Shown here one piece after another: positions 1 to 12,584 of a stretch of 64,000 nt of DNA. This DNA comes from Balanoglossus misakiensis (taxonomy: Eukaryota; Animalia; Hemichordata): assembly GCA_040954595.2 (NCBI GenBank), contig CM082581.2, positions 1,604,699 to 1,668,698 of the forward strand, written 5' to 3'. The translations under genes were made by a program, and so were the position numbers. The notes under the pieces were generated by a model. The model was not told the DNA's origin. It searched no databases and worked only from the letters and a program-made list of their open reading frames with translations. Each line of letters opens with the position of its first letter. The first letter of the stretch is position 1.

Positions 1-3000
1 TCAAAATTAATGGGCAGAACACTGTCCACTACGGCCTGGTTATTGTGTGCTCTGGTTAATGTTGACGCAAAGGTTGACGCCACCAAACACTCAAAATCAA
101 TGGGCAGCATACTGTCCACTATGGCCTGGTTACTGTGTGCTCTGGTTAATGTTGACGCAAAGGTTGACCCCACCAAACACTCAAAATTAATGGGCAGAAC
201 ACTGTCCACTATGGCCTGGTTACTGTGTGCTCTGGTTAATGTTGACGCAAAGGTTGACCCCACCAAACACTCAAAATTAATGGGCAGCACACTGTCCACT
301 ATGGCCTGGTTACTGTGTGCTCTGGTTAATGTTGACGCAAAGGTTGACCCCACCAAACACTCAAAATTAATGGGCAGAACACTGTCCACTACAGCCTGGT
401 TACTGTGTGCTCTGGTTAATGTTGACGCAAAGGTTGACCCCACCAAACACTCAAAATTAATGGGCAGAACACTGTCCACTACGGCCTGGTTATTGTGTGC
501 TCTGGTTAATGTTGACGCAAAGGTTGACCCCACCAAACACTCAAAATTAATGGGCAGAACACTGTCCACTACGGCCTGGTTACTGTGTGCTCTGGTTAAT
601 GTTGACGCAAAGGTTGACCCCACCAAACACTCAAAATTAATGGGCAGAACACTGTCCACTATGGCCTGGTTACTGTGTGCTCTGGTTAATGTTGACGCAA
701 AGGTTGACCCCACCAAACACTCAAAATTAATGGGCAGCACACTGTCCACTATGGCCTGGTTACTGTGTGCTCTGGTTAATGTTGACGCAAAGGTTGACCC
801 CACCAAACACTCAAAATTAATGGGCAGAACACTGTCCACTACGGCCTGGTTACTGTGTGCTCTGGTTAATGTTGACGCAAAGGTTGACCCCCACCAAACA
901 CTCAAAATTAATGGGCACGATACTGGCCACTCTGGCCTAGTTAATGTTGACGCAAAGGTTGACCCCACCAAACACTCAAAATTAATGGGCACGATACTGG
1001 CCACTCTGGCCTAGTTAATGTTGACGCAAAGGTTGACCCCACCAAACACTCAAAATTAATGGGCACGATACTGGCCACTCTGGCCTAGTTAATGTTGACG
1101 GAAAGGTTGACCCCACCAAACACTCAAAATTAATGGGCACGATACTGGCCACTCTGGCCTAGTTAATGTTGACGCAAAGGTTGACCCCACCAAACACTCA
1201 AAATTAATGGGCAGCACACTGTCCACTATGGCCTGGTTACTGTGTGCTCTGGTTAATGTTGACGCAAAGGTTGACCCCACCAAACACTCAAAATTAATGG
1301 GCAGAACACTGTCCACTACGGCCTGGTTACTGTGTGCTCTGGTTAATGTTGACGCAAAGGTTGACCCCACCAAACACTCAAAATTAATGGGCAGCACACT
1401 GTCCACTATGGCCTGGTTACTGTGTGCTCTGGTTAATGTTGACGCAAAGGTTGACCCCACCAAACACTCAAAATTAATGGGCAGGATACTGTCCACTACG
1501 GCCTGGTTACTGTGTGCTCTGGTTAATGTTGACGCAAAGGTTGACCCCACCAAACACTCAAAATTAATGGGCAGAACACTGTCCACTACGGCCTGGTTAC
1601 TGTGTGCTCTGGTTAATGTTGACGCAAAGGTTAACCCCACCAAACACTCAAAATTAATGGGCAGAACACTGTCCAATATGGCCTGGTTACTGTGTGCTCT
1701 GGTTAATGTTGACACAAAGGTTGACCCCACCAAACACTCAAAATTAATGGGCAGCACACTGTCCATTATGGCCTGGTTACTGTGTGCTCTGGTTAATGTT
1801 GACGCAAAGGTTGACCCCACCAAACACTCAAAATTAATGGGCAGAACACTGTCCACTACGGCCTGGTTACTGTGTGCTCTGGTTAATGTTGACGCAAAGG
1901 TTGACCCCACCAAACACTCAAAATTAATGGGCAGAACACTGTCCACTATGGCCTGGTTACTGTGTGCTCTGGTTAATGTTGACGCAAAGGTTGACCCCAC
2001 CAAACACTCAAAATTAATGGGCAGAACACTGTCCACTACGGCCTGGTTACTGTGTGCTCTGGTTAATGTTGACGCAAAGGTTGACCCCACCAAACACTCA
2101 AAATTAATGGGCAGAACACTGTCCACTACGGCCTGGTTATTGTGTGCTCTGGTTAATGTTGACGCAAAGGTTGACCCCACCAAACACTCAAAATTAATGG
2201 GCAGAACACTGTCCACTACGGCCTGGTTACTGTGTGCTCTGGTTAATGTTGACGCAAAGGTTGACCCCACCAAACACTCAAAATTAATGGGCAGAACACT
2301 GTCCACTACGGCCTGGTTACTGTGTGCTCTGGTTAATGTTGACGCAAAGGTTGACCCCACCAAACACTCAAAATTAATGGGCAGAACACTGTCCACTACG
2401 GCCTGGTTACTGTGTGCTCTGGTTAATGTTGACGCAAAGGTTGACCCCACCAAACACTCAAAATTAATGGGCAGCACACTGTCCACTATGGCCTGGTTAC
2501 TGTGTGCTCTGGTTAATGTTGACGCAAAGGTTGACCCCACCAAACACTCAAAATTAATGGGCAGAACACTGTCCACTACGGCCTGGTTACTGTGTGCTCT
2601 GGTTAATGTTGACGCAAAGGTTGACCCCACCAAACACTCAAAATTAATGGGCAGAACACTGTCCACTATGGCCTGGTTACTGTGTGCTCTGGTTAATGTT
2701 GATGCAAAGGTTGACCCCACCAAACACTCAAAATTAATGGGCAGCACACTGTCCACTATGGCCTGGTTACTGTGTGCTCTGGTTAATGTTGACGCAAAGG
2801 TTGACCCCACCAAACACTCAAAATTAATGGGCAGAACACTGTCCACTACGGCCTGGTTACTGTGTGCTCTGGTTAATGTTGACGCAAAGGTTGACCCCCA
2901 CCAAACACTCAAAATTAATGGGCACGATACTGGCCACTCTGGCCTGGTTAATGTTGACGCAAAGGTTGACCCCACCAAACACTCAAAATTAATGGGCACG

Positions 3001-4870
3001 ATACTGGCCACTCTGGCCTAGTTAATGTTGACGCAAAGGTTGACCCCACCAAACACTCAAAATTAATGGGCACGATACTGGCCACTCTGGCCTAGTTAAT
3101 GTTGACGCAAAGGTTGACCCCACCAAACACTCAAAATTAATGGGCACGATACTGGCCACTCTGGCCTAGTTAATGTTGACGCAAAGGTTGACCCCACCAA
3201 ACACTCAAAATTAATGGGCACGATACTGGCCACTCTGGCCTAGTTAATGTTGACGCAAAGGTTGACCCCACCAAACACTCAAAATTAATGGGCAGAACAC
3301 TGTCCACTACGGCCTGGTTACTGTGTGCTCTGGTTAATGTTGACGCAAAGGTTGACCCCACCAAACACTCAAAATTAATGGGCAGAACACTGTCCACTCG
3401 ACCTGGTTACTGTGTGCTCTGGTTAATGTTGACGCAAAGGTTGACCCCACCAAACACTCAAAATTAATGGGCAGAACACTGTCCACTACGGCCTGGTTAC
3501 TGTGTGCTCTGGTTAATGTTGACGCAAAGGTTGACCCCACCAAACACTCAAAATTAATGGGCAGCACACTGTCCACTATGGCCTGGTTACTGTGTGCTCT
3601 GGTTAATGTTGACGCAAAGGTTGACCCCACCAAACACTCAAAATTAATGGGCAGAACACTGTCCACTACGGCCTGGTTACTGTGTGCTCTGGTTAATGTT
3701 GACGCAAAGGTTGACCCCCATCAAACACTCAAAATTAATGGGCACGATACTGGCCACTCTGGCCTGGTTACTGTGTGCTCTGGTTAATGTTGACGCAAAG
3801 GTTGACCCCACCAAACACTCAAAATTAATGGGCAGAACACTGTCCACTACGGCCTGGTTACTGTGTGCTCTGGTTAATGTTGACGCAAAGGTTGACCCCA
3901 CCAAACACTCAAAATTAATGGGCAGAACACTGTCCACTATGGCCTGGTTACTGTGTGCTCTGGTTAATGTTGACGCAAAGGTTGACCCCACCAAACACTC
4001 AAAATTAATGGGCAGAACACTGTCCACTACGGCCTGGTTACTGTGTGCTCTGGTTAATGTTGACGCAAAGGTTGACCCCACCAAACACTCAAAATTAATG
4101 GGCAGAACACTGTCCACTACGGCCTGGTTACTGTGTGCTCTGGTTAATGTTGACGCAAAGGTTGACCCCACCAAACACTCAAAATTAATGGGCAGAACAC
4201 TGTCCACTACGGCCTGGTTACTGTGTGCTCTGGTTAATGTTGACGCAAAGGTTGACCCCACCAAACACTCAAAATTAATGGGCAGAACACTGTCCACTAC
4301 GGCCTGGTTACTGTGTGCTCTGGTTAATGTTGACGCAAAGGTTGACCCCACCAAACACTCAAAATTAATGGGCAGAACACTGTCCACTATGGCCTGGTTA
4401 CTGTGTGCTCTGGTTAATGTTGACGCAAAGGTTGACCCCACCAAACACTCAAAATTAATGGGCAGAACACTGTCCACTACTGCCTGGTTACTGTGTGCTC
4501 TGGTTAATGTTGACGCAAAGGTTGACCCCACCAAACACTCAAAATTAATGGGCAGAACACTGTCCACTACGGCCTGGTTACTGTGTGCTCTGGTTAATGT
4601 TGACGCAAAGGTTGACCCCACCAAACACTCAAAATTAATGGGCAGAACACTGTCCACTACGGCCTGGTTACTGTGTGCTCTGGTTAATGTTGACGCAAAG
4701 GTTGACCCCACCAAACACTCAAAATTAATGGGCAGCACACTGTCCACTATGGCCTGGTTACTGTGTGCTCTGGTTAATGTTGACGCAAAGGTTGACCCCA
4801 CCAAACACTCAAAATTAATGGGCAGAACACTGTCCACTACGGCCTGGTTACTGTGTGCTCTGGTTAATGT
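1..4870. repeat. Tandem array of 90-bp monomers with blocks of a 74-bp deletion variant; continues past the left window edge
   Basis: Unit ggttaatgttgacgcaaaggttgaccccaccaaacactcaaaattaatgggcagaacactgtccactayggcctggttactgtgtgctct repeats with period 90; 74-bp units (ggcacgatactggccactctggcctag) at ~865-1160 and ~2871-3240. Confidence 0.98.
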
Positions 4871-5100
4871 TAATGGTAGGTCGTGGCTGTCTCATTTCAG
4901 GGATTTGTGGACTAAATGTCAATCTTTGTACTATTCGTACATGAAACTTTTCTTTCAAATACAACTTACAGACCAACATAGACAGTCATGCTTATATAAG
5001 TATGACTATCTATTAAAGTAACATTCATATCATGATTGTTGTTTTACACTGTGTTTTCAAAGTAATTGTTGCAGTAAACCAATTGCCTTGCTTGGAAATA

Positions 5101-5214
5101 TTAAAAGGGAAGTCCTGTCCAGCTGATTTATGCATAATTTCTACACAATGTTTTTTTCTGAAAGAATGACCTCAAAGCTACCCAATTATGTAGCTGAACC
5201 GGACTTCCCCTTTA
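5101..5214. mobile_element. Short TTAA-flanked MITE (Kolobok-like termini)
   Basis: ttaa-aagggaagtcc...ggacttcccct-ttaa inverted ends; its right half recurs at ~8765-8844. Confidence 0.6.
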
Positions 5215-5728
5215 AATGCTACCAGTGAGCTTGTTTGTCTTTGTAAATACACTCAAGTATTAATCCCCTTTTTCTCAGAATTCAATGCATCTTCATGCCA
5301 TGAGGTGAGAGGACACTTTTGTTAGCAGGAGGGAAACAAATCCAAAATAAATAATAACAGTGCAAAGTTGGTCTGCTGACTTTCTCCACATTTCATTATT
5401 GAATTACGGCAAAATTATGAAATCCAATTATGAAATTCAGCTTTTTGTCCACTTTTTGTTGCTGCAAATTCATTGCGGTATAAAGGTCAATAATATGACA
5501 AATCTTGGTTAAAAGTATACAGTCACCTTCAATACACATTCCCATATATGGCTGAATGGCGTATTTGAGCATTCTAAAGAACATATGGTGGCGCCTGTTT
5601 TCCACGTGTGCCACCAAATGAAAATCTGTGATTGGCTAGATTTCAATTTTCCATGGTAACTATATATAGCTAATTTTCCATGGGTGATCATATACCTTTA
5701 ACTCTTTAACCTTTAACATGATACTTAC

Positions 5729-5914
5729 GAACACATGATTGGTTAAAAGTGTAGACATCATACATTGAGAGACCAGTTTCTCCAGGTGGCAGATAGAATC
5801 CACCTGTGCCGTTATTTGCATATAAGAGATAGCCTTCTTCACAGGAACATTGAAAACCACCTGCAGTGTTTTTACAAAGTTGATCACAAGAATGTGAAGC
5901 ACATTCATTTATAT
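5729..5914 (-). pseudogene. Exon: Ca-binding EGF with uif-like insert
   Basis: ttctttgtag|AT...GTTC|gtaagt; DINECASHSCDQLCKNTAGGFQCSCEEGYLLYANNGTGGFYLPPGETGLSMYDVYTFNQSCV; 186 bp, phase 1-1; this frame is absent from the ORF track. Confidence 0.9.
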
Positions 5915-6435
5915 CTACAAAGAAGGAACATGGATTGGATTAAAACAATGTACGTTCAGTAAAATTGAAAGTATTGTCATTTCTTTTAATCGTGAATTTT
6001 GGGATTATCTTGTGTACGTACAAGATGAATCTGTGATAAAATAAAGGCGTCACCTTGCTTGCTTTTGAAATACAAGGCCATTAATTTAGTTGATAATAGA
6101 AGAAACCTGCTGACTCAGCATGGTTCACCAATGGTTTGTCTATGGACAAAAACCTTAAAGAAATTTATCTCAAAATAGAGCATTGTAATCACACAATTTT
6201 ATTTGACCAATGAATTTATATTTACTAGACTGAGCTATGTGTAAAATATCGTGAAAATGACAATAGTAGAAGTTTGTTTTCTAGCAATTATCAATGTAAT
6301 CCTATGAGAAAAAGACACCTGAGATTAAAAGGTCATTCCAAAAATTTATCCGGAATTCTGAAATAAGTTCGGAATGTGTTAAATGTGAAAATAGTGACTT
6401 GAAGTTATGTTGCAAGTGACTTGTTTATGTCTCAC

Positions 6436-6564
6436 CTTTGCATGCTGTTCCATTCACATCTGGTTCAAATCCCACCAAACATGCACACTGATAGTCACCA
6501 TCTCTATTTTCACAGACTTGATTGATTCCACACCGTGCCACCAATGTACTACATTCATTGATAT
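6436..6564 (-). pseudogene. Exon: Ca-binding EGF
   Basis: catttcag|...AAAG|gtgaga; DINECSTLVARCGINQVCENRDGDYQCACLVGFEPDVNGTACK; 129 bp, phase 1-1. Confidence 0.9.
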
Positions 6565-7041
6565 CTGAAATGTTATTCATCAAGATATGATCAAAATCCC
6601 ACAGGTCCGCTGGTAAATTCAGACCAACAAGTTTAGCTGGGAACCACCAGACCAACAGGAAATTTTCACAAACAAATTTTCGCGAACTATGCAAGAGCCA
6701 AAAAAAAAAGACATTTTTGCGTAAAAAACTATTTTCAGTGATAACAATGTAGTGAAATACGAGAACATGAAAATTAATCGTCTCATAACAGTTTCTGCTT
6801 TTGATATCGCAAAAAATTTCTTTGTCGCGAAAATTTCCTGTTTTACAGTAATCAATGAAAAATAAAATTACGAAAATCATGAAATTTCTGACAGCCATAG
6901 ATTTGCATGGCATGAACTGTATGTCCTATCAGCATGTAGTTTAGGTGACATTTATGATAAATAGTCAAATTACTGGAGTGATCGATTACGGTACCTCATA
7001 AGCAGACAACCACATGAAGACCAATCTTGATGTGAACTTAC

Positions 7042-7224
7042 CAATGCATGATGGTATTGCACTATTCCACTGTAAATCGGATTGACAAGTCAGGTAATCA
7101 GCACCATTTAATTCATAGCCAGCATTACAATAGAATGTGATGTTACTGCCCATATAATATGGTCCACTATCAGGGACAGCTTGTAGATGTGGGTCTGTTA
7201 TGAGTATATCACTGCAGTTCAATC
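7042..7224 (-). pseudogene. Exon: Sushi/CCP domain
   Basis: LNCSD...ITFYCNAGYELNGADYLTCQSDLQWNSAIPSCI; ttgcag| ... |gtaagt; 183 bp. Confidence 0.9.
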
Positions 7225-7534
7225 CTGCAAGTAAAAAAAATAAAACACTATGTGGATGCAGACTTGATTGTGGTATATATATTGGGTATCTGTATTCTGT
7301 CACAACTTTAACATTTTCACCCCAAGTTCCCACTATAAAAGTCCAGATACCATTGACTCCTTTTTTTCAATTATCGACTAAATTCATGACTCTGTATTTC
7401 AAAAACAAGCGTGGTGACCCCTATATTTTATCACAAATTTTCATTATACATACATAGGATAATCCAAAAATTAACAATTAAAAGAAATGACCATATTTTC
7501 AATTTTACTGAATGTACATCCTTAAATGACTTAC

Positions 7535-7717
7535 GTTGACAGTATCCTGGATCTCCAATCCATGATCCATCTTCACCACATGTAGAGACAGTGTAGCCAG
7601 TCAGACTGTAGCCAGATGGACATGAGTAGGCAACGGTTGTTCCAAAAATCAATGAATCACCATTAACAATTTCATATGATAAGTAGTTGTCTACATTCGG
7701 TGGTGGACACTCGCGAG
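7535..7717 (-). pseudogene. Exon: Sushi/CCP domain
   Basis: RECPPP...FGTTVAYSCPSGYSLTGYTVSTCGEDGSWIGDPGYCQ; aacag| ... |gtaagt; 183 bp. Confidence 0.9.
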
Positions 7718-8011
7718 CTGTTTGGATAAGATGAACAGATAACATTACAAGTGTGTTAATACTAGGAAAATGGTTTAAAGGGACATGCAGTAACCCTCAC
7801 AATCCTGCATATTTTCAAGTTACCAGTGTCTGGTTTAACATTCAGTGTGTAATGTCCCAATTAGACACCCATGTGGAATGTAGCAACCAGCACAAAGTGC
7901 CCAATCATAACGCTATGGAGAGAATTTCAACTTGAGTCAGTGATTTTTATGAAAACATGACAGTGAACACCCTGTGTTATACTTTGTTTTCAAAACGACT
8001 CATCACACACT

Positions 8012-8319
8012 TTAAAGCCTCTAGAGCTGCCAAATTTCACAATTTTTTTCTTTTCCACAGTAAAACCTTTCAAATCTATGGTGATGCATACCACGATAGC
8101 TAGCTGCATACTGTTTGTATGGAGGCTGATTTTAATAAAATGGGTACGGCACCTGTTTAATACATTGCACGTTTAAATTGCAACATACAGCCACAATCAG
8201 GCATTGATGACATGTTCTTGTATCCCTATCAGTAAGCTTAATTATTTCAATGTACCAATCTACGTCGGAAAATAAAATCTGAAAATAAATGCAAAAAGTG
8301 GCAGCTCTAGTGGCTTTAA
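8012..8319. mobile_element. TTAA-flanked MITE (Kolobok-like)
   Basis: ttaa-agcctctagagctgcca ... tggcagctctagtggct-ttaa inverted termini. Confidence 0.65.
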
Positions 8320-8419
8320 AGCACTGGAAAGGTTCAGAGGACTAACATTTTTCTGAAAATCCGTCTCCTAAGTGTGCACTACAATGGCAGTTTAATTGTT
8401 TTCAAAAATATCAACTTAC

Positions 8420-8599
8420 GCTCGCATTGGGGCACAAGTGGACCCCAGACACCATCTGCTTGGCATTCCAATGAAGACACATTATTTATAAACTGATAGC
8501 CCTCAATGCATTGATAATAAGCAATGCCACCATACACTGTACTGGTAACATTGGTAAGAATTCCATTGCTGCACTCAGGGGGTCCACCACATGTTATTC
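8420..8599 (-). pseudogene. Exon: Sushi/CCP domain
   Basis: ITCGGPPECSNG...YYQCIEGYQFINNVSSLECQADGVWGPLVPQCE; tttttag| ... |gtaagt; 180 bp; not in ORF track. Confidence 0.88.
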
Positions 8600-8891
8600 C
8601 TAAAAAATAAACAACAAATTAGTGTCATTCAAGTTGTTGCTAACAATAGATTCAAGAGACAAATTAAGTCTCTCTCATCACTGCACTTTTTTCATTAATT
8701 ATCTTGGATACAAGACACCAGGCTAGGCATATTTGCATAGCTGGTACGACTTATACACGGCGAAAATGTTTTTTTTTTCCTGAAAGAGTGACCTCAAAGC
8801 TACAAAATTATGTAGATATCAGCTAGACCGGACATCCCCTTTAACTACTGGATAATCGTCCGAGCATTGGAATGAGACAGAGACATCATAC

Positions 8892-8945
8892 CTTCTATCT
8901 CTGTACTGGTCACCACGCCCTCACTAATCACAATTTCGGGACAGT
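8892..8945 (-). pseudogene. Exon: N-terminal part of a Sushi domain
   Basis: ctgacag|AC TGT CCC...GAA G|gtatga; DCPEIVISEGVVTSTEIE; 54 bp, phase 1-1. Confidence 0.6.
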
Positions 8946-9016
8946 CTGTCAGAACAAGGATCACAATGATAAGAATGCATGCAGACAAATACTTAAACTC
9001 ATAAATGTCAGTTGTT

Positions 9017-9248
9017 TTAAAGTGAAGGGGTCGTCGCAATGCGTTTGTTTATAAACATTACAATTCATCCACAAATCCCTCAAATAAGATAATTCTTAGA
9101 ATGAACGAAGCAGCTGACAGTATCCTAGACTGTCCATGACAGCAACTGAAGATCCTAGTAGGTCGTGGCTGTCTAATTTCAGGGATTTGTGGATGAATTG
9201 CAATGTTTATAAACAAACAAACGCAGTGCGACGACCCCATCACTTTAT
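9017..9248. mobile_element. MITE with ~70-bp imperfect TIRs, TTAA-type site
   Basis: ttaa-agtgaaggggtcgtcgca...ataaacatt.caattcatccacaaatccct mirrored by agggatttgtggatgaattg.aatgtttataaac...tgcgacgaccccatcact. Confidence 0.75.
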
Positions 9249-9463
9249 TGAGTGTGATACAAGAGTGTTGCCATTCCTGTCAATGGTCCAAAATTGCATT
9301 GCAATTGTAAGAAATTACTGTCTCTGTTTTTCCAGCTCTTTGAAGTTTCGTAAAAATTCAAAAACATTTGCACCTTTCAATTAATGACTCTAAATCACAA
9401 GGAATAAAGGGAGAGTGTGTTTCTAAGAATTCTGTAACAACTTTTTCTGAAATGTTAGTAAGT

Positions 9464-9674
9464 TACTGTAAAACACTTTATTTTCGCGAGCAAGAGATTT
9501 TCGCGAAATACGCGAGAGCCAAAATAGCGTGAAAATAAAAAGTTGCGTAATTTTTTTGAAGATAAAGATGCAATGAATGAAATAAGAGAACGCGAAAATT
9601 AACACTGGCGAAACAGTGGCCTCTCTCGATGTCGCGAAAAATTTCAACTCGTGAAAATAAAGTGTTTTACAGTA
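9464..9674. mobile_element. TA-flanked MITE (CTGTAAAA...TTTTACAG termini; Tc1/mariner/pogo-type signature)
   Basis: tactgtaaaacactttattttcgcgag ... ctcgtgaaaataaagtgttttacagta; relatives at ~6655-6851, 9903-10100, 10144-10353, 15639-15833. Confidence 0.75.
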
Positions 9675-9681
9675 TGTGTAC

Positions 9682-9865
9682 CTGGTGAAAATGAAGCCCT
9701 GAATCCTTTAGCTGGTCGTGTTCTACTACTCCTGAACACAACCGAAAAGTGTCCAATGTCTGTACGGCAATCGGGTGGTGGCACAGTGCCATCAATGACT
9801 CCATCAGAATTGCCACTCCATGGACCAATAATGACATCATCATCACTCTCAGTACCATTGTATAC
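9682..9865 (-). pseudogene. Exon: CUB3 C-terminal half
   Basis: VYNGTESDDDVIIGPWSG...FSVVFRSSRTRPAKGFRASFSP; 184 bp, phase 0-1. Confidence 0.85.
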
Positions 9866-10143
9866 CTTCAGAAACAAAGACAATTTAAGCATGCATTGTA
9901 AATACCGTAAAACGGGAAATCTTCACAACAGGAAATTTTCGCGATATCAAAGGTGGCTACTGTTACGCGACAATTAATTTTCACATTGGCATATTTTACT
10001 GCATTGTTATCTCTGAAGCATTTTAAGCGACTTTTTATTTTCATATTTTTTGGCTCTCACATAGTTTACGAAAATTTATCGTTCACGAAAATTTTATAGT
10101 ATTCAATCCTTGTTGCATTTCCTGCTGTAACAGCTACTCAACA

Positions 10144-10353
10144 TACTGTAAAATGGGAAATGTTCGCAAACAATAAATTTTCGCGATCTACGTGAGAGCC
10201 ATCAAAACATGAAAATAAAAAGTTGCGTAAAAATGTTTTTCGGGGATAATGATGCAGTGAAATACAAGAACGTGAAAAGTTATTGTTGCATAACACTTGC
10301 CTCTTTTGATAACGCGAAAATTTCATGTTGCAAAAGTATCCCGTTTTACAGTA
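10144..10353. mobile_element. TA-flanked MITE, same family as 9464-9674
   Basis: tactgtaaaatgggaaa ... tatcccgttttacagta. Confidence 0.7.
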
Positions 10354-10518
10354 TATATGTGATTAATTAAATTTCCAAATTGTGTTCCAAAGTTGTATAG
10401 TTTGAAGTAATGTCTGCCAAAATTGTCAAACTAAAATCACTGCAAAATAATATGACAAATTTTTTAATATGACAAATATTTTTAACATGGCTGACTCATG
10501 ATCATATCTGATACTCAC

Positions 10519-10703
10519 AATGATGTAATCAACATCTGTGTTCCTCTCTAATCCAAAGTTCTCATCAAAGATAAGAGTTAATGGTCTTCCAGTTGGTTCC
10601 TTGATTAACCAGCTACACATAACATCATCAGGGTAAGTGCTAACATCATACCCTGGTGACTGAATCGTGCCAAAACTACGCAGAATTTCAATTCCCTGGC
10701 AAC
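10519..10703 (-). pseudogene. Exon: CUB3 N-terminal half
   Basis: CQGIEILRSFGTIQSPGYDVSTYPDDVMCSWLIKEPTGRPLTLIFDENFGLERNTDVDYII|gtgagt; 185 bp, phase 1-0. Confidence 0.88.
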
Positions 10704-10929
10704 CTTTAAAGAAACAAGTGACCTATCGGTCAAAAGAGCTCTGCTGACTTTAACAGTGAAACCTATAGCTGGGCAATGATATGAATACCCTAGGTTTTAA
10801 TCATAACAATTGTATTCTATTAAACAAAACCAAACATAGACATCACAAGTATTTAATATCCACATTCAGCCTGATTCATTGTGCTAAAGAAAGAAAGAAT
10901 TTATTCCTAAAGAACAACATCAAAAGGAA

Positions 10930-11460
10930 GTACCAAGGTACTAATTTGCATATTCATGACCCGATCAAAATTCCAATAAAACAAAATCAGGTAGGGGCAC
11001 CATAACACACATTCTACCAAATTTCAGCTCCATCGTACATGTAGTTAGGGAGAAGAAGATTTTTTACCAAAAATTATATTTTTAGATCTAATTTGCATAT
11101 TCATGACCCGATCATATCCAAATTTATGAAATCAGGTAGGGGCACCATAACACACATTCCTGCCAAATTTCAGCTCCATCGTACATGTAGTTAGGGAGAA
11201 GAAAATGTTTGACCAACATTCTATTTTAGATCTAATTTGCATATTTATGACCCCATCAAATCCAAATTTACAAAATCAGGTAGGGGCACCATAACACACA
11301 TTCCTACCAAATTATAGCTAAATATGCAATGTCGTTTTAACGAAGAAGATTGAAATACCGAAAGTTGACGGACGACGGACAACGGAAGCCGGACGACAGA
11401 CGGACACTTATCAACCTACTGCTACAGCTTGGCTGACACAAGTGACAGCCAAGCTAAAAA
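10930..11460 (-). mobile_element. HINE/DINE-1-like non-autonomous Helentron derivative with ~145-bp internal tandem repeats
   Basis: Hairpin agcttggctg...cagccaagct next to an A-run (11426-11460), GACG/GGAC microsatellite (11365-11405), ~3 copies of ctaatttgcatatt... at 10941, 11088, 11232. Left boundary uncertain. Confidence 0.65.
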
Positions 11461-11833
11461 TACCAAACAAGGAATAATGAATTCAATCCACAGGTTTGGT
11501 GTAATCCTGGCTGCCTTTTATTTTGTGCTAGGGGATCAAATCACATAATAATTGCCTTCTGGATAAAAAGTCGTACGCGACAGAAGAAATGACTGTTAAC
11601 TGTATATGACTTCCTTAGGTCAAACCTTTCTGTCGTTATACATGTAGTTATCAAATTAAACTCATTTAACTTTTTTCACATTTTGTTATTTTTTCTGTTA
11701 AAAAGTTCCATAATGACCCAGTATCAGATTAGCTTATATTATAAACTTCCAGAAAGAATGGCAAAAGAAGATAGATCTGTGATCCTTACAATTCTTACTG
11801 GGTTGAAATTCTTTGGGAATGATTTTAAGTGAT

Positions 11834-12190
11834 TTAAAGGGACAAAGTTTCTCTCACTCGCTGCCCTTTTTCCATTAACTATGTTTGATACAAGACACTG
11901 TTTATGTTATTCTACATGTGGATATATAGTGAATAAACATTCAACCACGCACAACTTCCATCCCGTTTGTAGGATATGAGAGTAAAAATATTGCCAAAAT
12001 GAATAAACGGTAGAGACCAATTATTCATTTTGGCGAGTTTTTTCACTCTTGTGTCTACAAGTGGGATGGAAGTTGTTTGTGGTCAAACGTTGTTTCAATA
12101 TATATCCACATGTAGAATAACATAAACGCTGAATTGTATCATCATAATTCCTGGAAAAAGGGTAGCGAGAGAGAGTGTTTGTCCCTTTAA
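11834..12190. mobile_element. TTAA-flanked MITE family A (Kolobok-like), long TIRs
   Basis: ttaa-agggacaaagtttctctc...gagagagtgtttgtccct-ttaa; other copies at 12585-12868, 17413-17711, ~18505-18801. Confidence 0.8.
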
Positions 12191-12271
12191 AACATTGTTC
12201 TCTTGCATCATGAATCCTTGATTGCCTCTTCATTCAAACAACGTCTTGATCAATTTGAATGCGTTACCTAC

Positions 12272-12473
12272 CTGCCCAGTAATGTACATGAAAACCTCTC
12301 ATTGTAACTGCATCATCACTCTTAATGTCAACTCTCATCATACTTTTGGAAGATATGATGACATTGGGTAACTCCATCCCAGAAAATAAAGCAAGTCTGA
12401 GGGCAGGATTCAGTTCAGCGCCATCGTATACAGACACTTGATCAGCCCCATCTTCTGTTGCAAAGGAGATAAA
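12272..12473 (-). pseudogene. Exon: CUB2 C-terminal half, acceptor mutated
   Basis: FISFATEDGADQVSVYDG...FSGMELPNVIISSKSMMRVDIKSDDAVTMRGFHVHYWA; 202 bp like its paralogous exon 13679-13880 but preceded by cttttccg instead of cttttcag. Confidence 0.85.
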
Positions 12474-12584
12474 CGGAAAAGATATAAAAAATAGCATCAA
12501 AGACACTTTGCTCCCATTTGATATGTACATTTAAATGTGACATACCGTACAATCATAGTGATCACAATTTCCTACACAAAACCA

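Noticed and set aside
1-4870. CRISPR-like array
   Set aside because: No unique spacers, only a few recurring variant sites; eukaryotic context and no cas genes.
10-5021. Long ORFs (334-640 aa) with 30-aa periodicity on both strands
   Set aside because: Product of a stop-free 90-bp monomer; frames break at 74-bp and +1 C units, and both strands are open equally.
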